Source: Haliotis rufescens
Lineage: Eukaryota
DNA length: 64,000 bases
Assembly: GCF_023055435.1 (NCBI RefSeq)
Contig: NW_025963791.1
Coordinates: forward strand, 25,730,001-25,794,000
Direction of reading: 5' to 3'
Below are positions 25,101-38,021 of this stretch, piece after piece (within the stretch, counting starts at the first letter, position 1; each line of letters starts with the position of its first letter). Made by a program: the position numbers and the translations under genes. The notes under the pieces are model-generated. The model did no database searches. It saw nothing but the letters and a program-made list of their open reading frames with translations, and had not been told where the DNA came from.

Positions 25101-27892
25101 TAATTACATTTGTAATGCCTACACTAGATGGATGCTCACAACACTGCATAAAATGGAGGAAAACTCTACTAGGTCATAGATACAAGACAAATAGACGTGA
25201 CACTTGGTGTTGATTTTAAATTTGATAAAAAGAGTGTACAGGAATGTCTTGGGACTGGAAGATTGTTGGAGTTTCTTCTGCTTTCATATTTGATGTGATG
25301 TTTGTTGTTTAACGCCGCACTCAGCAATATTCCAGCTATATGAAGGCAGTCTGTAAATAATCGAGTCTGGACCAGACATTCCAGTGATTGACATCATGAG
25401 CATCGATCCATGCAATTTGGATACAATGTCATGCTTCAACCAAGTCAGCAAGCCTGACCTCCTGATCCCGTTAGTCGCCTCTTACATCAAGCATGGGTTG
25501 CTGAAGACCTATTCTACCCCGTATCTTCACAGGTCGCTTTCACATTTGAAGGGAGATGGTTTCATAGAGCACATGCATTGTAGGCAAATGACCTCTGCCC
25601 AAACTTTGTCAGCTTGGTCTTTGGTAAACAAAGGACATGTTTAATGTAATAACATGATGTCAGAACATGATGTGAACTCCCTGTCATTAAGTGACCTTGA
25701 CCTTAATGATGTAAACATGAGCCATGTGGCTCATCAATAAATTAGGACAGAACAGGTCTGGTAATTTATTATGTACTATAGCAGATGGGGGTATATTGTG
25801 ATAAATTTTGCTTACACCCTGTTCAAACACACACACTATAATGAATTAACAGTCCCTTATATGTGTTAAAGGGCAAGTTCACACGGAAATTAACCTATTT
25901 TTCTTGTACTTTTTCCACATTAAAAGTGTTAACCTAGAAGTGTCATAGACAAAAATATAAAAATATCACAATTAATTAACATATTTTTCGCATTAAAACG
26001 ATTTATATTTTTCACATTTACCAAGTGTTCTATTTCCACAACAAAAACACCATGGCTTATGCCCCTTGCAATATGACGTCATTGGTGCCAATTGATAAAC
26101 ATTATGACGTCATCATGCTTTGTTAGAGCCGCTTCACGTGGTGTAGGTCTAGATGTGTGATTCTAGCGTCTCAGATGCCAGCCAGCATAGTGTTATGCTG
26201 AGTCACCACTGCGCCGGAGTGTGTCGTAGGCCATGTTGTTTTACCGCAAACTGGTACTTGATATCTTTTGCGTTGAGAATAGACAGGGACCCAGTTGAAT
26301 TGGCACCAATTACGTCATAATCTAAGGGGGATAACTCAGGCCTGTTTAGCTCGAAAAACGAAGGCCTCATAACGGCATATCATTTTCACACTATTGTGAG
26401 CTTCCTACTTTCACTGTGAAAAAAATGATCGTATATTTTCAAACACAGATACTAATTAATTCTAAAATTGCGTTTTGTTTAGAAAAAGAAAGAAAGTGAT
26501 TTTTGCGTGTACACTTCCCCTTTAAGGGTGTAAACAGGCAAATATGCAGAAGATTTATCTAAACAGGAACTGGACAATCACTCCTCCCAGAGATCCTTAC
26601 CTTGTATATTTTGGTGGACTCATACCCAAATGTTGGATAACCCATACCCACCCGCACCTAATCAACTGGACAACTCAAAAAGCTTATTCATACACAATGC
26701 AAATTATTTGATTTTAAACATTATTCACTTCTTTTAATTTATTCTTATCTGTAGCAATTACCCGGTTGTGATCTTTGAAAATGTAGATGCTGTGGTGACC
26801 GGATGTGATTTTGAAACAATAGCTTGAATTCCCGAAAATCTGTTTAGCACTTCCAAACTGCTCTGAAAAGTTTTAGCTCTACTGCAAAACATTGATTAAA
26901 CAGAGTAGACACAACTCATGGATAACAACTTCCTTAATTACTATAAAGGCGATGTTTTGGTATAGATCCCTATATTGTTGTCGAGCAAAACAGGTTTTCA
27001 ATTGAGCATGTTGAGATATTGTTTGTTTTGTATTTAATTAACAACACATGGGTAGTCCAATTATCTACTGTGTAGACTTCTTGTTACCTCGACTGACTTG
27101 TAGTACTTATACTAAAACAACATGACAAAGAGTTAAAATAACAAGATCGCTGGAAAAAGATCACTAATTGATGTGTGGGAACTGCTTGTGTGGGACACTG
27201 AATGTGTTAATTGATGCTTAGTCTAAGGGATAATCACAAGTCAAAGAGATAAACACCAATTATCCCAATCAACATAGAGAGTGAAATGTGAATTGAAAAT
27301 AAATGGGTACAGGTCTTCCAAATTTGTGTAAGCATCATCTAGGTTTGTGTATGGGTCCTCCAAATTTGTGTACACTTGGGCCAAATAATATATGAATGCT
27401 CCAACACAGGTATAAATTGGACAGGAATTTTTGTAACAGTTTAGCAATTTTCTGTAGGTACGAATCTCCATGGATCTGATCGTCTAGTATCCTAAACTAT
27501 CTACATTAACACATCTATGGCCTGAAATACCAACCTAATGCACACATGGCTATTGAACCAACCACTTCAGGAATTTCATGCCAGCCTCTTTTGATGAGAG
27601 ATACACCTAGTCAACAACAGAAAAGAGAAACATTATAATTAATATAGAATAATATATTCTCTATATCCTTTAGTAAATGAAGATATTTCAAGGTGAAACA
27701 AAAACTTGGTATCTGAAGCGTTTGCAAAAGTGTCACTCCATAATATGGTGTGCATTCATGACAGTCAGCTCAACTCTCTAACAGTTTTTAAGTTAGAATT
27801 AGAACACTGATAGAACTATATACACTCATTAAAGACTGTTTAATCGTCGCAATTGTTTGTGAGTTACCTTTCGTTGCACTCCTTGCGGCCAT
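22126..27892 (-). CDS. NDUFA3: NADH dehydrogenase 1 alpha subcomplex subunit 3-like (protostome type), 74 aa, 4 exons
   Basis: Exons 27892-27868, 27606-27535, 23419-23339 and 22172-22126, all GT-AG and all phase 1. Product: MAARSATKGVSLIKRGWHEIPEVVGSIAMCALGIASFGVGATIWLRDTESAHQHRYTYSVVRTSDVDPNKKIYN. One TM segment. KRxWxEIP and Y-x-Y-x-V-x-R recall insect NDUFA3, and the all-phase-1 four-exon layout recalls the vertebrate gene (recognition from memory). Confidence 0.8.
23725..24217. mobile_element. MITE with ATCTTCCCGAGGCAA termini
   Basis: Terminal and subterminal inverted repeats. The same terminus occurs at ~21626, ~42196 and ~47535. Confidence 0.75.
25090..25640 (-). mobile_element. 3' remnant of an L2/CR1-group LINE, interrupted by a family B copy (25294-25535)
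   Basis: PKTKLTKFGQRSFAYNA..L*NHLP C-terminal motif and a simple-repeat tail. The family B insert has TSD GCTTTCAYATTTGA. Confidence 0.65.
25870..26521. mobile_element. Kolobok-type MITE
   Basis: TTAA on both sides, AGGG termini, imperfect ~20-bp TIR, and an internal inverted repeat around TGACGTCA / GGTGCCAATT. Confidence 0.8.
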
Positions 27893-28047
27893 TTTGATGG
27901 TCTATTGACACATGCGCACTTTCAACAGGAAGTGGGTCGTTCGGCTTTTATCGGCTAGTTACGGCATTGTGGGTGATACAAATGTATCGTGTGTTTATTA
28001 ACTGATGCGAGAATGTTCCGAATGCAAAACGGAAGTGTTGATAAAAC
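27893..28047. promoter_or_regulatory. Bidirectional promoter, NDUFA3-like / GFER
   Basis: 155 bp between divergent ATGs. NRF1-like CATGCGCA at 27911, ETS-like CAGGAAGT at 27926 and CGGAAGTG at 28030, and YY1-like AA(A/C)ATGGC over both start codons. Confidence 0.75.
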
Positions 28048-31000
28048 ATGGCGGCGCCCATGCCTGATTTTGGTAAACATGATCAGAAATCTAAGAAACC
28101 CTGCAGAACGTGCACCGATTTCACAACATGGATGAAAATGCAAGGGAAAACCCCTAAAAAGGTTAAGATGGAGTATATGTGTTAAATTGTAACATGACAC
28201 AATGGTTGTGGGCATGACTCATCATCAATTTCATCATGCATCAGTTGATGAAAGCTACTGTCAATCATTGATCATTGATGTATTCAACTGTAATAGATTT
28301 ATTCAAAGTGAACTGATTAGAATTATCGACTAAATTATGCACCTGAACATGTTTGACTTAAATTAAAAACTCTAATTCTCACTTACTTAATACCCATTTA
28401 GTACAAGTTACGACCCGTGACGATAACCCATGCTTGTAAGAGGCGAGTAGATGCGGATGACGGGATCGGCTGGTCAGGGTTGCTGACTTAGTTGATGAAT
28501 GTGATCGTGTGACAATTGCGTGGTTCGATGCTCATGATATCAATCAATGGATTGTCTGGTCCAGACTTTATTATTTACCTATCACCGTCAGAAAGATGGA
28601 ATATTGCTGACTGCGGCGTTTAAAAAAATCAAACAAAATTATACACGTTACAGTTTCAGTTCACCAATATCAGGAGACTGTGTGTAACAAGGAGAAGTAT
28701 CCCAAGCAGGAGTGGTCATACTTTTATTTCCGTCTTGGTTTGAATTGTGAAACCGCCTGAAAACTCCGATCGGTACCGGGTATATGGACTCTGGTTAACA
28801 TGGTTAACAGTTCCGGACACAACACTAGATTTCAAGGTGCTGAACTCAGGTTACTGGATGTTTGACATCTCGACCACAACAGTACTCTCTTGTATTATTA
28901 CGGATTTGCTATAGGTTTGGAATATATGTAACATGTAACACATTGTATATATATCAACAAAATTGTGTTGTTTTAAGCAAATTTTGTTTATAATTCATTG
29001 TGATGTGACATCAGAGGATCCAAATGGTCCAATCTAGTCATTACCTCGCTAGTGAATCAGGTAAATGGTTGCTGTGTTCAAAGTTGATAAGATCAATTTT
29101 TGAAACCAGAGAAGTATAAATGCAAGCAGTAGCATAAGGAATGAATGTGGGACACTTTCCATTTTTATACTTTTTCACATTTATAGCATTTAACTGAAAA
29201 AATGTATCTGAAAGTTTTATTGCATTCATAATACTGCTGGCATTTGGAAAATACAACACAGGTTACCTCCCTTGCCTTGCGATTACAAGGTGTGCAGTGA
29301 TAATAATCACTCTTACACATACATCTCTATTGTTGAATCCAGACCTGGTTCAACTATTACAGAATTTTACAGTATCCTTCAGCAGTTTAAAGAAATGAAT
29401 TGATACTGTGCACTTCTGTTAAAGAACTGCAGACTTTGATGAGTAAAATTTCACTTATCTAGAATAATCATGTAGTACAATGAAAATTTACTTAGAAGCT
29501 AATTTCTGTCCTCACTTCAAATGATGTACAGGTCACATTTGACACTATGTATACACACAGGAGGGCTGTGGAGCCGTCATGTTATGTTACATTTTCTCAT
29601 GCCCTTTAATACATATAACATTTATTCATGACCCTCCCATCCCGATAATTTTGTTATTTGATAAAATAGAACAGTATCACACACCCCACCCCCTCCACCC
29701 CCACACCCCAAAAACAAAAAACAAAACAAAAAAACCATACAGTTTAACTCCATTAAGTTTCCACAATAAAGATGTCTTCATGGAGCACAACATAACACGC
29801 TGAGTCCCAGGTTAAAATTGGTTCCCAAATTTTGTTCACCTAATATTCTCAACCTTTATCAACAGATACAGTTTTCTGTATTAATTCAGATATGTTTTTG
29901 CCTGTTTAAGAAAGATGGAGACTTCAGCATCATCTGGCCCTTTTGTTCATGTTCAAGCACCTGAGTAGATTGATACAGTAAACTAGAACAGTACAATAGC
30001 CTAAACCAAGGTTATTTAGTATGACTGTGAACAGTATTTAAATATATCTGGTAAAATTTGAAGTGATACTGAATTATTTATTGATTGAACATGGTTTCAG
30101 GAAGAAACTACCAATTCTGCCCCACTACCAGCTGAGTGCCCTCTAGATCGTGATGACTTGGGTCGGAATACATGGTCATTCCTACACACGATGGCGGCCT
30201 ACTTCCCAGAGTCTCCTTCACAGGTTCAGCAGAAAGAGATGAAGGACTTTGTCCATCTCTTCTCCAAGTACTACCCTTGTGATTACTGTGCTGAAGACCT
30301 GAGGCAAAAGTAAGAGACCTACCTTAATACAGAGAATTCACCCGAGCGCTGTGTTTAATATAAAAAATATTTCCAAGTGACTGGCCATCAGGTCTCACAG
30401 ACTTTGGAAGTGTCCGGCCACAACTCAACAAACTCATCAGGCCCTCATTAAAAAAACTGCAGCTTATTGTGACAAACAAATCGACACACAATTTTACTGC
30501 AAGCCATAATGACCCATACAAATCTGAAACTAGGGGCTGACACAAGACGTCCACGGTCCTATGGGCAGGCGCTTATTTCGAACTTTGACTGAGTGTCTTT
30601 TGATATCAAATATTTCAACACGAGTTGATAAAAGATTAAAACTTTGAGGCTTGCCGCTCAATGAGTGTTTATATATTTGATGTCAAAAGACACAAGGGTG
30701 AGTTTCCATTCATCATCCGAAACCTTCCTTCCAGTTTGTAATAAGTAATAAGCAGTGTCTTGAGTGTGAAAAGCTAACCAGCTTCAGTGGTAGAGAGATT
30801 AGTGATGTCATTTCATGATGGTGAAATGGTAAACAATGACATCACAATGGCTTAGCATTGTGATGCAATTCCACTGTATCTCCCGTGGAAGCCAATCTTG
30901 GGTGATAATTAGATATATTATCTTTAGGAATATACACTTTTCCCCCTATTGTTTACAATGTTCAGGAAGCTGTGATGAAAACTTTGAGCATAATGTATAC

Positions 31001-31858
31001 TAAAATACAGATACATGCCCACATTCTTTAGATAATATGCAAATATGCATTACTACAGCTTTTGACTTAGTTGAATGTGCAGTTATGTCTGCAGTGTTAC
31101 GCCAAACCTGAAAGAATTTGAAAGAATATAGAAGCTGAAATCCAAAAGTCAACCTTGTCCTCATTAACTGTTTTTTACTGATTCCCCTCCGAGAACAAAT
31201 TGTCTTTTCAGAGGTATGTGAAGGTGTAAGAAACTGGACATATGTTTCAAATAATGTAATAATAATGTTACAAATATCTGTAACAAATGTCTAGTTTCGT
31301 GTGCGTTATCTATACAGACTTGAAATTATAAAAAAATGTTTAAACATATTTAAAATCTATCAATAAATAAATGAATATAAATACAACACCTATATAAGGT
31401 ATTCGGTAATGCACAAGAATTTTTAACTTTGTGCTTCGATATGAAAGCTGCATTTGAACTATCCCATATTTTACGAACATTTTGTGAGATTTGATTTGTA
31501 GCCAGTATAATCATAATGCATGTCCTTTGACTTGACAAGTTTAAAATTTGCATTTGCCATTTCGGTACAGATATTCTACAGTTGAAATAACAGAGTGACG
31601 TCACAGCTGTAATAGCTAGATTCAGGAAGTATACAGCAGAGTTTATTTGTTTTGTTAACAAACACATGACATATTTGTTTTTGTTCTTTTCTCAGCCTGA
31701 AGACAAACACTCCTGATACAAGCAATAGACATCAGTTTTCACAATGGCTATGCCGTCTTCATAATGACGTGAATCGCAAACTTGGGAAACCAGAATTCGA
31801 TTGTAGACGGGTTGATGAGCGATGGAAGGATGGATGGAAAGATGGATCATGTGGTTGA
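28048..31858 (+). CDS. GFER: FAD-linked sulfhydryl oxidase ALR/Erv1, 161 aa, 3 exons
   Basis: Exons 28048-28161, 30101-30309 and 31696-31858 (GT-AG, phases 0 and 2). Motifs: KPCRTCTDF shuttle Cxx[33 protein letters not shown] active Cxx[34 protein letters not shown]. Confidence 0.97.
28412..28638 (+). mobile_element. Family B retroposon, diverged, in GFER intron 1
   Basis: Starts GACCCGTG; body and tail match the family. Confidence 0.8.
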
Positions 31859-32192
31859 CGAAGGACAGATCTAGGTTCTTTTAAAAGTGTGATTGAACAG
31901 TTTGGTGTGTTTGTCATTGGTTGACCAGCTGACTGGTGGGCTAGTAATTTGTGTATTCGGATGGCAACAAGAGGAGACTTTGAATCAGAGTATGTTGTAT
32001 AATGTAAATAACAATTGCATCAATAATTCGACAATTAGAAATATAGCTCACAGGATTAAAGATTGATCCTGAAATTGTCTGTTATATGTGGCTTCTCTGT
32101 TCACATCTTCACTGTCATCCAGGTTAGGTATATATACTACCGGGTACTCAAAAGAAGTTAAACATCCAATGTTTTCATATGACTACAGTTAT

Positions 32193-32378
32193 AGGATCGG
32201 ATGGTAAGGCTTACTGACTTGGTTGATGCATGTCATCGTATCCCCACTGCATGGATTTTTGCTCATAATGTCAGTCACTGGATTGTCTGGTCCAGACTCG
32301 ATTACTTACAAATTGCCGTCATATAGCTGGAATGTTGCTGAGTGCGGCGTTAAACAAGAAACAAAACAAACAAAAAAC
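32193..32378 (+). mobile_element. Family B retroposon, 5' truncated, probably in the GFER 3' UTR
   Basis: Body and tail match. AATAAA follows at ~32523 and ~32652. Confidence 0.8.
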
Positions 32379-32858
32379 ACTGATATATTCCTCCTGTTAG
32401 GGTCTATAACTGCAGTATAGATTAACTTAAAATATAATTTGTAATCTCTAGAGAGGTAGTGCCCTTATTAGTGAAGTATTAACCAGAAGTGTTTATCACT
32501 GTGATAGTTCCAATGTGATTGGAATAAAGTATATTCTACTGTTCATGACTGTCCTCTGTGCTGCTTATGTTGCAATGAATGTGAAATGTACTTTTTTTGT
32601 CATGTGTTAGGATGTAAATGCTTTTTTTATATACTTGTTACTGAAAACTGTAATAAAAATGGCATCTATTTTTGTACCTTGGTCCCACAAAGTAATGTTT
32701 ACCTGTACCATGTCTGTTATATACAGCGCCTCATTACTGAATGGATGTCACGATACACAGACAACATGGATCTTTGATCAAGTTAGCGACCATTTATTTG
32801 GCTAGTCTGGGACTGAACACTTTACAATCCACCATTACATCAATCATTTGGTCAACAC

Positions 32859-33103
32859 TGAGTGAGTTTGGTTTAACGCTGTTTGACCAGCATTCCAGTG
32901 TATCACAGCGTGTCTGCCTAACATGGGCGGAAAGCCCCAATTGATGCAAGTCGAAGACGTTTTCCACGGGTATGGTGCTGACAAACCAAGAAACATAATC
33001 AGGGTGGGCCGGGATTTGAACCCACGATCACTGGTTTCTGGCGTGCCCAAGGAATGCAATTCTGAGAATTGCGGCGCCTTAGACGACTGGGCCACCCGTG
33101 CCC
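32859..33103 (-). mobile_element. Family D SINE
   Basis: Matches 17865-18139. A degenerate family A copy follows at ~33185-33440 (+). Confidence 0.85.
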
Positions 33104-34407
33104 TCTGTAAACAATTTCTGTAAGACAAAGTCACTTCACTTTTGAGCGATAATGAAGTATCGCTTTGCCCTTATAGAATACAGAGACTGCCTCCATGGTC
33201 TAGTAGATAGATTGTCTGCCCAGATAGCTGAAGGTTGATGGTTTGATCCCAGGGTGACATCATACCAAACAATGTACAGAGATGGTACTTGTTACCCTGC
33301 CGGCCACTCGGCAGACAAGGCCTGGTTAGCCCCGAGTCAGTATAGTGAGCCTGTGTAGGGTATCCATGTTAAACTATGGTATCTCAGTGGGCTGGCAGTT
33401 GTCCAGACTTGCACACGCATGCATGCACGCACACAATAATCTTGAACATGATAATGAAACCCATTTTTTCAACTCACCTCACTCAAAGAATACATAAGTC
33501 TTGTATGTTTGAAACATTTATTTCCAAAGTATTAAATTACAAAATGAGCATTTTCAAGATTTAACTAAATATGATCCACCTCACGAATAAGATGTTAAGA
33601 GTGAACACATGTTTTGTACATAACTCATACATAGCTTGACATACATGAGAGTATGGTTTTCTGACAAGCAATCATGGCAATAGGTTATGGAATGAAGCAG
33701 GACAATAAACACAGCAAAAATCATCTTCATGTGATATTTGCAAAGCACCCTTTGAATTATGATGTTTCTGATGACAATTATGGCATTCAAGCTTATCAAA
33801 ATCAGATTTTGACTCCGATTCCGTACCTTTCTGTGAAGATGTGATAAACCCTCTAGGTCATGTTAGGTGAACCCTTAGTGAACTCGACCGCCCATTCATG
33901 AGGAAGGTCATGTGGTTTCTTGAACAAATGAATGTCAGCTTTCTAAAAGGATTCTGCTTTATGTCTTCTCTTAAATCTGGAAATTTTAATCTTAAAAGAA
34001 AATCCAATGAAAACACAAATGTTCCCTTGACAGTCAACTGTTTTTGAGTCGGGTGCAATGCACTCGAAAAAAAAAGGATGTATAAAATATCCACATCATG
34101 TATGGTCCAACCTTTATTATACCCCATTTGGGACTACCCGTTTAAATTCCCTTTTAGAGGCATGCTTCGTATCAAGAATTTAGAACCAACTCGGTCATTG
34201 GCTGACTAGACAGCTGACCTGAAGTGACCAATTGAGGGTGTGTGCAATCTTGACAGTTACCATGGTTACAGGTGTTGATTCATAGAAATGATTTGATTTT
34301 AATGACATTTTAACAACATTGGAATTCCTATTTTGTAAACAATAGGCAAGAGAGATCATAAAAGAAGTGATAATACATCAGCAGTTCGTTAGTACTTACT
34401 ACATTGA

Positions 34408-34655
34408 GGTGAGGTGAGGTGAAATGGGGTTTAACGTCGCGTCCAAGATTATTGCACTTATATAGCGACGTGCATGTACGTGTATGTGTTTGTGTGGCTG
34501 CTTGTACTAGTCCGGACTGATGCCGATTTATAGTGCTAGCTCACTGAGATACCATGCCGCAGTTTGACATGAATACCCCACTCAGACACAGTATACTGAC
34601 TCCGAGCCGACCAGTCCTTGTTTTAGCCCCTTAATGCCGAGCGCCAGACAGGGTA
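34408..34655 (-). mobile_element. Family A SINE, 5' truncated
   Basis: 12-bp TSD TACTACATTGAG; (TCACC)n tail. Confidence 0.9.
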
Positions 34656-35906
34656 TACTACATTGAGCAGACTTATGGTAAAAATACTGTGCACAATTGT
34701 GTTTGGGCAGATATAAGACTGCATGCCTATCTTATAGGAAACAAGCTGCCTTGTCTTACAACACCACTGTTACTCATACTAAAACTGCCATACATCTGAG
34801 ACAGGCAGCAATGTGAAATAATTTAGAATATTTTGTGAAAGATATATTAGCACCTTATTCAATTCATCTCACTTTTATGCAACATGTTAAGTCACACGCA
34901 AGGACGAAGAACCTAGCTAATTAGCTATGCATAGTCTAAGGAAAAGATGAACCAGTTCACTTGCATTATTGGTATACAAAATTGTAGGTACATGTACCAT
35001 GGTTTGCCTGGAATACAAATGTTTACCTTGAAAAGGTCTGGAATTCAGACAAAAAATTCCTTGTAAAGCCCTGGAATAAAAATTAAAAAGTAGTTCTGAG
35101 ACAATGGTTTTTGAAAATATTGTGTGTGTGTATGGAAACAGCCTGGATATGGCCTTAATGTGGTGATGACTCTATATTAATCATGTACAGATAGAATACA
35201 TATGATAACCTCATACATATTATAACAAGTTGTCCTGAAACAGATAAACTAGGTCATGACAAGGTCATTATAATTTGTAGTGAAATGGGAATGAATTCAC
35301 TTCTTGTTTGATATTGAATGCTATATCTTTGCCAATTTGACTTTAGTCTTTTTAGTCAGGTTCATCACTTCATATTAGCAAAAGATTGGGTCAAGTGCAA
35401 AGACATTGATTGAATTGAGACATGTAGGTGGTTTATCTGAGCAATATTAGCAGTGGACTATCTTAGTGCATCATGGGGTATATAAAACTATAGGCGTTAT
35501 GATACCCTCAAATACTATCAACATTTACTTTTTACCTGCCCTTTGCACAATTTAGTAGTCTTGGGCTAGTGGACTAGCATGAATTTGGAAGGCTGTACGG
35601 CTGTTTGCAACAGCTAGACTTGACAGGAGTACTGAGTTGGATCTGTGGACAGGACTCCAACCCATGTTGACACGGTGAAACAACTCTACCAGAGGCCACA
35701 AAAGTGACAAATAATGCCTGATAGAGTAGGTTTTCACACAGAAAATATTTTTACCTTCCAGTATTAAAGTGTACAGTCATTGTCAGTGCCCAATGTACAG
35801 TCCCCTATTAATCCTTAATAAGAACCTGTAACTTCCATGAGATCCCTTCTGTTTGTGCATGGCCCTCCAACGGCAGTCCCCCTTCCCCGTCTCTACATCA
35901 GCTGAC

Positions 35907-38021
35907 CTACTTCCCAAGGTCAATCGTCTCCTGCTCGACATGCTCCACTGCACCCCTGCGTACAAGCTGTGGGCGTAAAGATGTCCGCCTTTGTCTATCT
36001 GGTATGTCAGTCTCACTCACATCCTGGGTATCCTGCAAAGTTCATGAATTTCTTCTTTGATTGATTAGAAGTTGGAGTAGTATGTAAGGATAAGAATTTA
36101 GGGATGAACAACTTCTTTATTACAATTCAGAGCGACATTTCGGTGTAGGTTCTAACACCGTTATCCAGCAAGTGATATACAAAGTGTGGTTGACCAGAAT
36201 ATATACAGGTAGGAGGCAATGTTTAAGAAAAGGACATGCTCCCCCTCCTCTCCCATGATTCCTACTTTTACTTTGGAGATAGAGGAGATGCATATCACGG
36301 AATTTATTGTTGACCTCCAGAAGGTGCCCACAGAGTGATAGTGCTTTATTCATACAAACCTCTTTGTCATTGCAGTAGTTATGATCCAGAAAATTGTGTC
36401 ATTGCTATCAACTAACCATCTTCAGTTAATGGATCAGTATAGATTCAAGGGCCCACTTGCACAAAGTGATCTTAGCGCTAAGATGATTGTAACTCCCATA
36501 CATTAACATAGGCATACAATAGTCTTAGCGCTAAGATCGCTTTGTGCAAGTGGGCCCTGGCCCTTGTTCCACCAATTGATCTTAGCGCTGAGATGATCGT
36601 AACTCCCATACTTACTTGAAGTGAAAAAAACGCTTGTAGAACAAGGACCAGGATTAGTAGGCATTGTGATGATCATCCCAAAGAATGCATTTGATCTTGT
36701 GGTTGAATGTTAAAGGTGATGACCTGTCACTCGTGTGTTTAACTGGAAGTCAGTTAGGCTTGTCCTGCATTGACACAGTCAGTGTGGTATGGGTGCCCAT
36801 TCGTCAAAGACACTGCTATTCATAGTGCAGAGCTGTGTCCCTTGGGAATGCTGGAAACCTATGATTGTGGGTTTGAATCTCCGTTCACCCCAATTATGTT
36901 TCAAGGTTTGTCAGCACCATACCTGTGTGTGGGTTTCACCAAATTGGTAATCGTCTTGGGCCTGCATCACTTCAGGCTTTCCTCCCGCATGAAGTTGTCA
37001 TGCCGTGATAAAACTGGAATACTGTTCAAAGCAGCGTTGAACCCAACTCACTCACTCACTCACTCACTCACTCACTTCAATACAAAGGAGAAGACTTACC
37101 ATTATTTCACAGAAATGGCTCGGTGGTTCAGTTTCTGGAGTTGGTAGAATTATTTTCTCTGTAGGGGAAGATAAGATCAGTTCATCATGTTGAGGAACTA
37201 TTTCTCAGATATTTGTTGTACAGGTGGCAGCATGAATTTTACAGTACTAACTGTAACCATGGTAACATGCGGGTATGCCAGTACTAATTATTACTGTAAC
37301 GTTGGTTGTCGTAACTAGTAAATGTAAAGTTGGCATACGACAGCTGTAACAGTTACTTTTTATTGCATCCGAGAAAAGGATCTTGGATTCATTCATTATT
37401 TGACAGAATGGACACTGACCTGCTTCATCATCCAGCTCATCGGGGCAGGTGGTGGTCACCTGACCAGTCTCTTGCACTCCTGAAGATGGAAGGAATTAGA
37501 ATTAAAAGTGCAACATCATGCACATATTTCATACACAGAGGGAGTTCATCTAGGACTTGTACAGACTCACTGTAACACACCACACACGCATGCACACACA
37601 CATACTTGAATGGAAATCTTTTGACATTGTAAATTATTGGTACTTTGAACAAATGAAACTTTACCGAGGCTGAGGAGAAGAAAAAGCAAACACAAAAAAA
37701 TGTAACATTTGAAACAAAAATACAATAAGATGTGCAAGACGACCCACCACCATGCTCTGCTATCCTGTGCAGACGCTCATAGCTGTCCATCGTGGCCTGG
37801 ATGTTCTCGATGACACTTTCACAGAGCCTCCTAATCTTCCTAGGATCCTCCGGGACCGGCGCCTTGCACGTCCTCAGCACCACCGAGCTGTACTCCATCT
37901 CGTCCTGCTTGTTGCTGATCTCAAGGTCAATTTTGCACTTCATCTCCTTGGCCTCTCTGAGGAAGGGCAACAGCTTCCCCTTCAGTTCCTCGCCCAGCTG
38001 CCAAACTGTAGGGGCAGTCAT
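35907..38021 (-). CDS. Uncharacterised ~172-aa protein, 4 coding exons
   Basis: Exons 38021-37748, 37479-37420, 37158-37100 and 36032-35907 join in frame with GT-AG sites (phases 1, 1, 0) and GC-richer coding-like composition. Product: MTAPTVWQLGEELKGKLLPF...RQRRTSLRPQLVRRGAVEHVEQETIDLGK. A likely 5' UTR exon ends near 38377. Confidence 0.75.
36050..36170 (-). mobile_element. Penelope-like pseudo-LTR fragment with hammerhead-type motif
   Basis: Minus strand GGATAA-CGGTG-loop-CACCG-AAATGTCG followed by AATAAA. Related copies at 39486-39616 and ~61625-61700. Confidence 0.55.
36448..36558. mobile_element. Palindromic MITE (PIF/Harbinger-like GGGCCC ends), with a related copy immediately after
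   Basis: AGGGCCCACTTGCACAAAG ... CTTTGTGCAAGTGGGCCCT and internal TCTTAGCGCTAAGA palindromes. Confidence 0.8.
36790..37075 (+). mobile_element. Family D SINE, diverged
   Basis: Body match and (ACTC)n tail. Confidence 0.8.

Noticed and set aside
24926-26862. In-frame chain of possible exons (26862-26762, 26657-26601, 25835-25816, 25043-24926) in the NDUFA3-like intron
   Set aside because: The phases fit, but the product resembles nothing, and the four-exon NDUFA3 model explains the locus better. Only RNA-seq could rescue it.
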